Shown here in pieces: positions 19,324 through 28,421 of a stretch of DNA of 64,000 nucleotides. The notes beneath the pieces are model-generated. The model ran no database searches and was not told the origin of the DNA. It was given only the letters and a program-made list of their open reading frames with translations. The stretch is taken from positions 2,637 to 66,636 of the forward strand of contig DASZRO010000092.1 of the NCBI GenBank assembly GCA_035550055.1, in the 5' to 3' direction. Within the stretch, counting starts at the first letter, position 1; every line of letters begins with the position of its first letter. The stretch comes from Mycobacteriales bacterium. Its GTDB lineage: Bacteria; Actinomycetota; Actinomycetes; JAFAQI01. The translations under genes and the position numbers were made by a program.

Positions 19324-20627
19324 CCGGCGTACGCCGCGCTTCGCGGTACGACCACTCCCGCGACCGCGGCAGCATCATGCTGGCGCTGCTGGCGATCGTC
19401 ATCTTGAGCAGCGTGGTGTCGGTCGGGCTCGCGACCGTCATCAAGGGACAGGCGCAGACCCGGCACGACGATGCGTTCGCGCAGGCGCTGACCGGAGCAG
19501 AGACCGGCCTCGACACGATGGTGGCGCGGATCAAGGCGGCACCATCGGTCAGCAGCCAGGCCGCGATCACCGGCACGAACTCCGCGACCGGCGCGACGTA
19601 CCGGACGACGGCGACCGACACCGCAGGCGTGTGGTCGCTGGACTCGATCGGCACCGCGAAGACCCCGACCGAGACGATCACCCGAGAGGTTCAGGAGACG
19701 GTCGCGGTCAAGGGCCTCTACACCGTGCCGCTGTTCGGCAGCTCGGCACTGACCATGGGCTCCGGATCCGGGGTCAACGAGTACGACTCGGGGGCGACCG
19801 GCGGGGCGAGCACGACCACCTGCTCGGTGCTCCCGGACACCGGAGTCCTCGGGCTGCTGGCAACGACGATGTGCACGCCGACCATCTCCACCACCGGCCC
19901 GGCGGCCACCGACGGTGCGCTGACGATGGTCGGGTCCGATCTGTCGAACTTCAGCGAAGTGGACGTCGACGACGCGGCGCCGACCGGGTACGCCGACCCG
20001 GACGCGACCGGCACGTGTGTCGGGGACGCGTCGTCGTGCGCGTCGACGACGGTGGTCAGGTCGTCCCAGCCGCTGACCTACCCGGCGAGCACCGCCTGCT
20101 CCGCCGGAATCGGCGTCAACGCCTCCGCGGTCACGGGCTCGAACTATCTCGCGGCAGGCGCCGTCTACAACATCCTCGGGAACCTCACGCTCAACGCCGC
20201 GGTCACCGCGAACCTCACGAACCTGGCGTCCTCGGGCGTCACGCTGTGCTTCAACGGCAACCTGCTGGTCCCCTCGCTCGGCGCCGCCGGAGTGACCCTG
20301 CCGTGGAACAGCTACGTCAGCTCGGTGCTACCCCTCCAGTACGCGCCACGCCCACCGGCGACGCTGATGCTGATCGACACCGCAACCTCGGCCGGGTCCT
20401 CGACGATCACGATCGGCGACGGGTTGAACCCCGAGACCGTGCTGTCAGGTGTGATCTACGCGCCGAACGCCACCTGCGTCGTCAACGGCCACCTCGACCT
20501 CTACGGCACGCTGATCTGCGGGAGCGTCTCGGCGCCCGGCGGGGTCTCCGTGCACTTCGACAAGGAGCTGTCCACCATCACCACCGAGCAGACCGTGACG
20601 GTGTCCAACTGGCGGGAGGTCCGCTAG
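19320..20627 (+). CDS. PilX N-terminal domain-like pilus assembly protein (module A, gene 3)
   Basis: N-terminus ...DRGSIMLALLAIVILSSVVSVGLATVIKGQAQTRHDDAFAQAL resembles the PilX_N pattern. Paralogous to 23029..24525. GTGA overlap with the previous stop. Confidence 0.6.
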   Translation: MTGVRRASRYDHSRDRGSIMLALLAIVILSSVVSVGLATVIKGQAQTRHDDAFAQALTGAETGLDTMVARIKAAPSVSSQAAITGTNSATGATYRTTATDTAGVWSLDSIGTAKTPTETITREVQETVAVKGLYTVPLFGSSALTMGSGSGVNEYDSGATGGASTTTCSVLPDTGVLGLLATTMCTPTISTTGPAATDGALTMVGSDLSNFSEVDVDDAAPTGYADPDATGTCVGDASSCASTTVVRSSQPLTYPASTACSAGIGVNASAVTGSNYLAAGAVYNILGNLTLNAAVTANLTNLASSGVTLCFNGNLLVPSLGAAGVTLPWNSYVSSVLPLQYAPRPPATLMLIDTATSAGSSTITIGDGLNPETVLSGVIYAPNATCVVNGHLDLYGTLICGSVSAPGGVSVHFDKELSTITTEQTVTVSNWREVR

Positions 20628-20809
20628 GCCGATCGGCACGACCCAAGCACCCAATCGCTGCTCCGTTCGGCGCAGTTGGGAGCGTGTGGCGCCGATCGTG
20701 TACCACGTTTTCAGCCTCTTCTCAGGCTGGGTCTCGCATTCGGCGCACATTTTGTTAGCCATAACGGCGTAGCAGGTAGTGGTTTAGGGGCCTTACACAA
20801 GGCTTTCAA

Positions 20810-22318
20810 ATGTCCGATGCTTACTTCGTGGGAGTTTGGCGGCGATTTGTCCTGCACCGGGGGCGCGGTCGCGCCGTCGGCAACGCAGCCGACGCCGGCA
20901 TCTCGCTGGTCGAGATCCTGGTCGCCATCATCCTGTTGTCGGTCGCGCTGATCGGCACTGCCGGCGAGATCGCCGCCTACATCAAGCAGCAGGTCGTCGA
21001 ACGCAGCCAGATCACCGCCAATCATCTCGCCGACAGCTGGTTCGAGTACGCCGAGTCACTCGAGCACGGCGCGACGTCGGAAAGCGGTGACGGCGGAGCG
21101 GTCACCACGAGCATCACCCCGATCAGCACCACCACGACGACCACCACGAAGCAGAGCAACGGCGTCACCTATGTCGAGACGATGACGCCGCACATCTGCT
21201 CCCCGTCCCAGCTCGACGCCTCGAACTTCACGCTGTCGAAGTGCGTCGGCAACACCGTCAGCCCGGTCAACACGATCTACTCCACGATCACCATCAAGTG
21301 GACGCTCGGCGGCAGTTCGCACCAGCTGACCCAGACCCGCAACCTCGCCGACAACACGACCTTCAAGCCGGCGAACACCCCGTCCGCCAGCGACAACGGC
21401 CTGTCGAACTGCACTCGAGCCGGCACGGTGACGAGCTCGCTGAGCATCACCTCGCCCCAGACGACCACGAAGCACACCGTCACGCCGGCCTCGATCGGGC
21501 CCGCGTATCTCAACGGCGCCGGCAACCCCGCCGAGGACGGCAACGGCGCGGCGTTCTCCTCGGTGACCCTGACGCTGACCGAACACGGCCTGGTCAACAC
21601 CACCGACACGACGCAGACCTTCTTCGGCGCGGCCACGTGCGTGCCGCTGCTGTGGACCGACAGCACGGGCACGCACCAGGTCGACATGCACACCAGCGAC
21701 TGCGAGGCGACCGGCACCGTCACGCCCGCCAACTACACCAGCGCGACGTGCACCTACACGGCGTCCGTCCCCGCCTCGTCGATCACCGAGACCGGCCTGA
21801 CCTCGCCGTGGGACGCCACTGTGCCGTTCTGCGCCTACGTGTTGGCCCCGACCCCGCCCGCGACGTCGACCTGCACGACGACGACGGCGAACAGCGGGGT
21901 CGTCGCCGTGGCGCCGCTCAACGTCGCCGCCTCGCCCGTGCTCACCTGCACGCCCTACCCGGGGATGACCGTCTCGGCCACCGGGATTCTCGGGGTCAAG
22001 GATGCGGTCACCGCTCCGGTGACCGAGAAGTGCACGGCGTTGAACCTCGCGACGACGGACACCATCCAGGTGAGTGCCGTGAACACCACCGTTGCGAACC
22101 TGGTCTGGGTGCCCAAGAACAACGACTACGAAGGCCCCATCCCGAACCGCACGGTCGTCACCACGCCGAGCACCTGCGCGCTGGCGCTGTGCAACGTCAC
22201 CCTCACGTTCAGCACCACCCGCGCGCTCGACGGGGTGACCTCGAGCCTGCTGAACCCGCTCGTGGTGACCGGCGGCCTGGTGTCCCTCGGCACGTTCGTC
22301 GTGGTCGGTTCGCTGTGA
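20810..22318 (+). CDS. type IV pilin-like protein, large (module B, gene 1)
   Basis: Leader ...AADAG|ISLVEILVAIILLSVALIG (Glu+5). Cys/Thr-rich with many N-x-T/S. Paralogue of 17540..18718. Confidence 0.7.
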   Translation: MSDAYFVGVWRRFVLHRGRGRAVGNAADAGISLVEILVAIILLSVALIGTAGEIAAYIKQQVVERSQITANHLADSWFEYAESLEHGATSESGDGGAVTTSITPISTTTTTTTKQSNGVTYVETMTPHICSPSQLDASNFTLSKCVGNTVSPVNTIYSTITIKWTLGGSSHQLTQTRNLADNTTFKPANTPSASDNGLSNCTRAGTVTSSLSITSPQTTTKHTVTPASIGPAYLNGAGNPAEDGNGAAFSSVTLTLTEHGLVNTTDTTQTFFGAATCVPLLWTDSTGTHQVDMHTSDCEATGTVTPANYTSATCTYTASVPASSITETGLTSPWDATVPFCAYVLAPTPPATSTCTTTTANSGVVAVAPLNVAASPVLTCTPYPGMTVSATGILGVKDAVTAPVTEKCTALNLATTDTIQVSAVNTTVANLVWVPKNNDYEGPIPNRTVVTTPSTCALALCNVTLTFSTTRALDGVTSSLLNPLVVTGGLVSLGTFVVVGSL

Positions 22319-23010
22319 GCCGGCACTGGGACGCCGACGGCGGCTACACGCTCGTCGAGATGCTGGTCACGATCATCATGCTGACGTTGATCACCGGCTC
22401 CATCACGGCCGTGGTGATCACCAGCCTCAAGCACCAGAACTCGCTTCAGGTACGAGGCTCGGTGCTGGCCAGCGTCCGGTCATCGCTCGAGGACATCGAC
22501 CGGGACATCCGCTCGGCCAACCCGCTGTGCTACGCGACCGGCACCGAGATCACCATGCTCGAAAGCAAGGAGACCTCTCCGGTCCAGACGCCCGTCATCG
22601 TCGACTACAAGGTGCAGGGCACGAAACTCGTCTACACGCAGTACAACGTGGTTTCGACCGTCGTCCCGCCCGCCACGGCGCCGGCGAACTACACCTGCAG
22701 CGTCGCCAAGACCACGGGCACGCTCACCTCGACGACGTACTACACCGAGCTCACGCCGATCCGCTCCCAACGCACCGTCATCAGCAACCTGACAGGAAGC
22801 ACGTCGACGATCTTCGCGCTGCCGGGCGCCCCGACGTTCAACACCTGCCCGGCGCCGGTCAACGTCCCGAACGCGCTGACCCAGGCCGCAGCGATGGCCA
22901 TCCAGGAGCTCACGGTCAGCGTCTCGGTGCAGCCATCAACCCTCAGCAGCCCGGTGTCGGCGTCGGACTGCGGCACGTACCTCCGCAACTACGCAGTAGC
23001 CACCTCGTAG
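22314..23010 (+). CDS. pseudopilin / minor pilin-like protein (module B, gene 2)
   Basis: Leader VSRHWDADGG|YTLVEMLVTIIML (Glu+5). LEDIDRDIRSANPL block. GTGA overlap with the previous gene. Confidence 0.7.
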
Positions 23011-23028
23011 GGACAGGACAGGATCCTC

Positions 23029-24525
23029 ATGCGAGCTTTCTATCTCCGGGACCTCAGGGACGATCGCGGCAGCATCATCCTTGCCCTGCTCGGCATCATC
23101 ATCCTCACGACGGTCGCCAGCGTCGGGCTGGCCGCCGCGGTGAACGGCCAGGGCCAGGCGCGCCACGACAACACGTTCACGCAGGCGCTGGACAACGCCG
23201 AGAGCGGCATCGACGCCATGGCCGCGACCATCAAGGGTGCAACTGCCAACGGGACGACCGACTACTACAACAGCCCGGGTGCCAGCGCACCACCGAAGCT
23301 GACCCTGTCCGGCGCGTACTCGGTCGTCGCCAAGAAGGTCAACCAGATCGGGCAGACCGGCAGCGCGTCGGCGTCGGTGTGGACCATCCAGTCGACCGGT
23401 ACGGCGGTGACCCAAGGACGCACGATCACCCGGGTCGTCACCGAGACGCTTACGGTCGCCCACACGTACAACGCCCCGCTGGAGGGCTCGAACGGCATCA
23501 ACCTCGGCTCGACCGGCAACAGCGTCAACAACTGCAGCGCGTGCGTCGGCGCCGGCGCCGTCAACGACCCGACGGTGATCTCGAAGGGGATCACCGTGCC
23601 GATCCTCGGCACACTCGGGTCCACGACGATCACCGACCCGCCCGGCGACAGCAGCCCCAACTCGACCCCGGGCGCCGCGGAGACCGGAGGACAGCTCGTG
23701 CTCCAGGGCGGTGACCTGCAGAACTTCGCCCAGGTCGCGCTAGACCAGGGCGGCACGTCCAACGGCTCGTGCAAGAGCACCTCCGACGTGTGCAACTCGA
23801 CCACCGTCGTCACCCAGGCCACCCAGGCGCCGGCGATCACGACTCCTGGTTGCCTGCCGGGCGCCATCGGTGCCGCGCTGAACGGAGTCGGCCTGTCGTT
23901 GCCGGACCCGCTCGGGGTGGTGCTCAACACCAACCTGGTGGCCAAGCTCGACGCTCAGCCGCCGATCGCTGACACGGTGTGCACCAACCTGCCGATCATC
24001 ATCCCGACCATTGGGACCACCCTGTCGTCGCTGCCGCTGATCGGGGGCCTGACCAACCTGACCGGCCTCGACGCCAGCCTCGACGCACCCATCGGCGCGG
24101 ACTGCCTGACCAACGGCGTGCAGTCGGTGCTGACCACGCTCGCCAGCGGCGCCAACCTCACCTGCACGATGGACCCGCCGCAGGACCTCGTCATCAACAA
24201 CGTGTCCAACCTCAACAACGACGGCACGTGCTCGGGTACCGGGTCGAGCGTGTACCTGGGAACCGGCACCACGGGCTCGCCGCCGGCGTACGTCTCGGCG
24301 CTGATCAACAACCCGTGCGGCAACTGCCAGATCACCGGCAACGTCGTGCTGTACGGCGCGCTGGAGTGCGCCACCATCACGGTGCCCCCGGGCTCGACGC
24401 TGACGGTGGAGTACCCGACCGACCAGGGCCTCACCGCAGGGCAGACCACGCACCTCGACACGGTGTCGAACTGGAACGAGTGCGAACCGGCGACGTCGGT
24501 CAGCGTCTGTCAACCGATCTCCTAG
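23029..24525 (+). CDS. PilX N-terminal domain-like pilus assembly protein (module B, gene 3)
   Basis: N-terminus MRAFYLRDLRDDRGSIILALLGIIILTTVASVGLAAAVNGQGQARHDNTFTQAL is near-colinear with 19320..20627. RBS-like aggacagg lies upstream. Confidence 0.65.
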   Translation: MRAFYLRDLRDDRGSIILALLGIIILTTVASVGLAAAVNGQGQARHDNTFTQALDNAESGIDAMAATIKGATANGTTDYYNSPGASAPPKLTLSGAYSVVAKKVNQIGQTGSASASVWTIQSTGTAVTQGRTITRVVTETLTVAHTYNAPLEGSNGINLGSTGNSVNNCSACVGAGAVNDPTVISKGITVPILGTLGSTTITDPPGDSSPNSTPGAAETGGQLVLQGGDLQNFAQVALDQGGTSNGSCKSTSDVCNSTTVVTQATQAPAITTPGCLPGAIGAALNGVGLSLPDPLGVVLNTNLVAKLDAQPPIADTVCTNLPIIIPTIGTTLSSLPLIGGLTNLTGLDASLDAPIGADCLTNGVQSVLTTLASGANLTCTMDPPQDLVINNVSNLNNDGTCSGTGSSVYLGTGTTGSPPAYVSALINNPCGNCQITGNVVLYGALECATITVPPGSTLTVEYPTDQGLTAGQTTHLDTVSNWNECEPATSVSVCQPIS

Positions 24526-24546
24526 GTAGGCCGATCGGGCGAGCGG

Positions 24547-25887
24547 TCAGTCCTCCGCTAAGCCGGGGATCCAGCGGCGCAGCTCCGCGCCGTACGGGAT
24601 CTCCGCGTCGAGCTGGCAGAGCACCCCGATGCTGCCCGCCGCGACCCGGTGCATGAGCAGGTAGTCCGGCGGCAGGTTGAGCTTGCGGCCGAGCTGCGCG
24701 GCCGGTGATCGAGGATCCACCACACGCGCCGCCTCGCCGCGCAGCCAGCGCCGCGAGAAGTGGAAGGTGTCCGTGGCGACCGGCTCCAGCAGCGGCTGGA
24801 CGTAGTCGAGGATCGCCTGCGCGTCCACCTCCAGCCCCTCCGGCACGAACCCCTCGGCCCGCAGACCGTCGAGCACCTCCTGGCCGCGGCCTTCGAGGGC
24901 CAACCGGCCCAGTGGCCCCATGGTCGTCGGCAGGCCGTCAGGAAGCCGGTTCACGGCGCCGTAGTCGAGCACGGCGAGTTTCCCGTCGGCGGTCAGCCGG
25001 AAGTTGCCGGGGTGCGGGTCGGCGTGGAGCAGGCCGGCACGTGAGGGCCCGGACAGCAGGAAGCGCGCGAAGAGCAGGCCGGCGCGATTGCGGTCCTCGC
25101 GCGAACCGTCGCGGATGATCGCCGACAGCGGCGTCCCATCGACCCACTCGGTGACGATGACGTTGCCGGCGTGCGCGACGACCTTCGGTACGACGAAGTC
25201 CTCGTCACCGTCGTAGGCCGCGGCGTACTCCGCCTGCGTCTTCGCTTCGAGTGAGTAGTCGAGCTCCTCCTTGACCCGCTCCTTGAGCTCCTTGATCAAC
25301 GGCTTCACGTCGAGCCCGGGGCTGAGCACCGCGAACATCCGGGCGAACCGCGCCAGCTGGTTGAGGTCGGACATCAGCGCGGGGCCGGCACCCGGGTACT
25401 GAAGCTTGACCGCGACCTCGCGGCCGTCGTGCCACACCGCCTTGTGCACCTGCCCGATGGAGGCCGCGGCGGCCGGTTTGTCGTTCCACTCGCGGAACTG
25501 CTCGCGCCAGTCGGCGCCGAACGCCTCGGAGAGCACCTGATGCACCGCCGAGGCGGGCATCGGCGGAGCGGCGTCCTGCAGCTTGGTCAGCGCGGCGCGG
25601 TACGGCGCGGCCAGATCCTCGGGCAGCGCCGCTTCGAAGACCGACAGCGCCTGGCCGAACTTCATGGCCCCGCCCTTGAGCTCACCGAGCACCTTGAACA
25701 GCTGCTCGGCGGTGCGCGCCTGGATCTCGGTCGCGACCATCTCGGCCGGCCGGCCGCCGATCCGCTTGCCCAGACCGACCGCGGTACGGCCCGCCGCACC
25801 GAGCGGCAAGCTCGCCAGCTTCACGCTTCGCGAGATCGCCCACTTCGGGATGTCCGACACCCCTCTATTCTCATGGACGGATCTCAC
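24547..25887 (-). CDS. ABC1/UbiB-family atypical protein kinase
   Basis: ABC1 motifs (LGELKGGAMKFGQALS, ASIGQVHKA, KLQYPG, HADPHPGNF, DYG). The start may be an internal GTG at about 25860. Confidence 0.7.
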   Translation of the reverse strand: MRSVHENRGVSDIPKWAISRSVKLASLPLGAAGRTAVGLGKRIGGRPAEMVATEIQARTAEQLFKVLGELKGGAMKFGQALSVFEAALPEDLAAPYRAALTKLQDAAPPMPASAVHQVLSEAFGADWREQFREWNDKPAAAASIGQVHKAVWHDGREVAVKLQYPGAGPALMSDLNQLARFARMFAVLSPGLDVKPLIKELKERVKEELDYSLEAKTQAEYAAAYDGDEDFVVPKVVAHAGNVIVTEWVDGTPLSAIIRDGSREDRNRAGLLFARFLLSGPSRAGLLHADPHPGNFRLTADGKLAVLDYGAVNRLPDGLPTTMGPLGRLALEGRGQEVLDGLRAEGFVPEGLEVDAQAILDYVQPLLEPVATDTFHFSRRWLRGEAARVVDPRSPAAQLGRKLNLPPDYLLMHRVAAGSIGVLCQLDAEIPYGAELRRWIPGLAED

Positions 25888-25897
25888 GAGGAGCGAA

Positions 25898-27184
25898 ATG
25901 GCTGACTACGAGCTGACCTACCCGGGCGGCGTGCTGCCCCTGGACGCGGTCGACGGCACCGAGGCACCTGCGGGCCTGCAGATCTCCAAGCTGCTGGGCA
26001 CCACCGGCCGGGTGACCTACGACTCCGGGTTCGGCAACACCGCGGCCTGCACCTCGGCGATCACCTTCATCGACGGTGACGCAGGCATCCTGCGCTACCG
26101 CGGCTACCCGATCGAGCAGCTGGCGAAGGAGTCGACGTTCCTCGAGACGTCGTACCTGCTCATCTACGGCGAGCTCCCGACCGCCGGCCAGCTCGACGAC
26201 TTCCGGGGCCGCATCGCGAAGCACACGATGCTGCACGAGGACCTGCGCGACTTCTTCGGCGGGTTCCGCCACGACGCGCACCCGATGGCGGTCCTCAACT
26301 CCGCGGTCAGCGCGTTGTCGACGTTCTACCAGGACTCCCTCGACCCGTTCGACGCCGACCAGGTCGAGCTGTCCACGATCCGGCTGCTCGCCAAGGTGCC
26401 GACGATCGCGGCGACGGCGTACAAGAAGGCCGTCGGCCAGCCGGCGCTCTATCCCGACAACTCGATCGGGTACGTCGAGAACTTCCTGCGGATGACCTTC
26501 GGCGTCCCGGCGGAGTCCTACGACGTCAACCCGGTCATGGCGCGGGCGCTGGACATGCTGTTCATCCTCCACGCCGACCACGAGCAGAACTGCTCGACGT
26601 CCACCGTGCGCATGGTCGGGTCTGCCAACGCCAACATGTTCACCTCGATCGCCGCCGGCATCGGCGCGCTGTCGGGCCCGCTGCACGGCGCGGCCAACCA
26701 GGCCGTCATCGAGATGCTCGAGGGCATCGCCGCCGACGGTGGCGACATGAAGGCGTTCGTCGAGCGGGTCAAGAAGAAGGAGCCCGGCGTCAAGCTGATG
26801 GGCTTCGGCCACCGGGTCTACAAGAACTACGACCCGCGCGCGGCCATCGTGAAGCAGGCCACTCACGACGTACTGACCAACCTGGGCGTCTCCGACCCGC
26901 TGCTCGACCTCGCGATCCAGCTCGAGGAGATCGCCCTCGCGGACGACTACTTCATCGAGCGCAAGCTCTACCCGAACGTCGACTTCTACAGCGGCGTCAT
27001 CTACAAGGCCATGGGCTTCCCGACCCGGATGTTCACCGTGCTGTTCGCGCTCGGCCGACTGCCGGGCTGGATCGCGCACTGGCGGGAGATGATGACCGAC
27101 TCGGACACCCGGATCGGCCGGCCCCGCCAGGTCTACACCGGCGCCACCGAGCGCTCCTACGTGACGGTCGGCGACCGCAAGTAG
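25898..27184 (+). CDS. gltA: citrate synthase (type II, 428 aa)
   Basis: Citrate synthase motifs (GILRYRGYPIEQLA, HADHEQNCSTSTVRMVGSA, GPLHGGAN, GFGHRVYK, DFYSG). GAGGAG RBS 7 nt upstream of the ATG at 25898. Confidence 0.85.
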   Translation: MADYELTYPGGVLPLDAVDGTEAPAGLQISKLLGTTGRVTYDSGFGNTAACTSAITFIDGDAGILRYRGYPIEQLAKESTFLETSYLLIYGELPTAGQLDDFRGRIAKHTMLHEDLRDFFGGFRHDAHPMAVLNSAVSALSTFYQDSLDPFDADQVELSTIRLLAKVPTIAATAYKKAVGQPALYPDNSIGYVENFLRMTFGVPAESYDVNPVMARALDMLFILHADHEQNCSTSTVRMVGSANANMFTSIAAGIGALSGPLHGAANQAVIEMLEGIAADGGDMKAFVERVKKKEPGVKLMGFGHRVYKNYDPRAAIVKQATHDVLTNLGVSDPLLDLAIQLEEIALADDYFIERKLYPNVDFYSGVIYKAMGFPTRMFTVLFALGRLPGWIAHWREMMTDSDTRIGRPRQVYTGATERSYVTVGDRK

Positions 27185-27191
27185 CCAGCCG

Positions 27192-28322
27192 GTGACCACC
27201 GACCCGGCAGGTCTCGCGATCCCGCCGGGTGGCTGCCTGGTCCACATCGGCTTCGACAAGACCGGTACGACGGCACTGCAAGGTGCCTTCCACCGTGACC
27301 GGGCGCGGATCCGCGACCTCGGGGTCCGCTATCCCGGCGACGAGGCCTATCACAAGAGCGCAGGCATCGCGGTCACGCAGGCGCGGGGCAACACCGGCGA
27401 CGCGGCCGTCACGACGGCGGACTGGCGAGCCCTCTGTCGGGAGGTTCGCGCGGCACGCGGCGAGCGGGTGTTCGTCAGCAGCGAGTGGCTGTGCCGCGCC
27501 AGCGACGCCCAGGCCGAGCGCGTCGTCGACGGGCTCGGCGGGCAGCGGGTGCACGTCGTGGCGACGCTGCGGCCGCTGGCCAAGATCCTGCCGTCCGCCT
27601 GGCAGCAGTACGTCAAGGACGGCTTCACCGGCGACTACGACTCGTGGCTTCGCGGGATGCTGGTCGAGGCGCCGTACGTCGAGCCGACGCCGTGGTTCTG
27701 GATCCGCCACAGCCACGACGTCGTACTGGCGCGCTGGGCGCAGATCGTCGGACCCGAGCGCGTGACCGCGATCGTCGTGGACGGTCTCGATCACGACCTG
27801 CTGCTGCGCCAGTTCGAAGGCTTGCTCGCCCTGCCCGCCGGCACGCTCGTCGGTGAGCCGGAGGGCAAGCGCAACGCGTCGTTGACGTTGCCGGAAGTCG
27901 AGCTGCTGCGACGGGTCAACCTGGCCTTCGCCGAACGTGGGCTGCCGGACGACCTGTACGCCGCGGCGATCCGCTCCGGAATGCTGCCGCGGCTCGCGGA
28001 CGCCCGAACCGAGCTGGCCGCGCCGTACCCGATCGAGACCCCGCAGTGGGCGCTTGAGCGAGCGGCGCAGATCGGCTCGGCGGCGGCGGCGGCGATCGCC
28101 GCGTCGGGGATCCGGGTGCTCGGCGACCTCGCCTCATTGGGCGCTGCTCCACCGGGGCGGGCGTCGGGTCCCCGTAGCGCGACCGGCGACCTGCCCGTCG
28201 AGGTGGCGACCGTCGCCCAGTCGATCATCGGCGTCCTGGCGGGCACCAGGCCCGACCGCCCGAAGCCCCCGTCGCCGCCCCGCTGGCGTCGCCGCCCGAT
28301 CTCACCCCTCAAAGAGTTCTAA
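27192..28322 (+). CDS. sulfotransferase-like P-loop hypothetical protein
   Basis: N-terminal GFDKTGTTAL resembles the sulfotransferase 5'-PSB motif (xKTGTTxL). A mid-protein RPLAKILPSAWQQY resembles the 3'-PB region. Pro/Arg-rich C-terminal tail. Confidence 0.45.
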   Translation: MTTDPAGLAIPPGGCLVHIGFDKTGTTALQGAFHRDRARIRDLGVRYPGDEAYHKSAGIAVTQARGNTGDAAVTTADWRALCREVRAARGERVFVSSEWLCRASDAQAERVVDGLGGQRVHVVATLRPLAKILPSAWQQYVKDGFTGDYDSWLRGMLVEAPYVEPTPWFWIRHSHDVVLARWAQIVGPERVTAIVVDGLDHDLLLRQFEGLLALPAGTLVGEPEGKRNASLTLPEVELLRRVNLAFAERGLPDDLYAAAIRSGMLPRLADARTELAAPYPIETPQWALERAAQIGSAAAAAIAASGIRVLGDLASLGAAPPGRASGPRSATGDLPVEVATVAQSIIGVLAGTRPDRPKPPSPPRWRRRPISPLKEF

Positions 28323-28338
28323 CCCACCCCACCCCCGC

Positions 28339-28412
28339 CCTTACGTCGAGCCCAACGTTGTTGGTCACTCAACGGGGGTTGAAAGACCAACAACGTTGGG
28401 CTCGACGTAAGG
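28339..28412. repeat. 28-bp perfect inverted repeat with 18-nt loop (ccttacgtcgagcccaacgttgttggtc ... gaccaacaacgttgggctcgacgtaagg)
   Basis: Read directly from the sequence. Lies between the convergent genes 27192..28322(+) and 28422..29474(-). Locally GC-poor. Confidence 0.9.
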
Positions 28413-28421
28413 AGGGGTAAG

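Noticed and set aside
19631-20758. 375-aa alternative-frame ORF inside the PilX-like gene
   Set aside because: Arg/Gly/Pro-rich junk. The in-frame paralogue alignment supports 19320..20627 instead.
21241-23010. 589-aa ORF reported as a single reading frame
   Set aside because: Only the 3' part (22314..23010) is coding (pseudopilin with a G|YTLVE signal). The upstream two-thirds is an out-of-frame read-through of the 20810..22318 gene.
25871-27259. 462-aa minus-strand ORF antisense to citrate synthase
   Set aside because: Antisense artefact. gltA is unambiguous.
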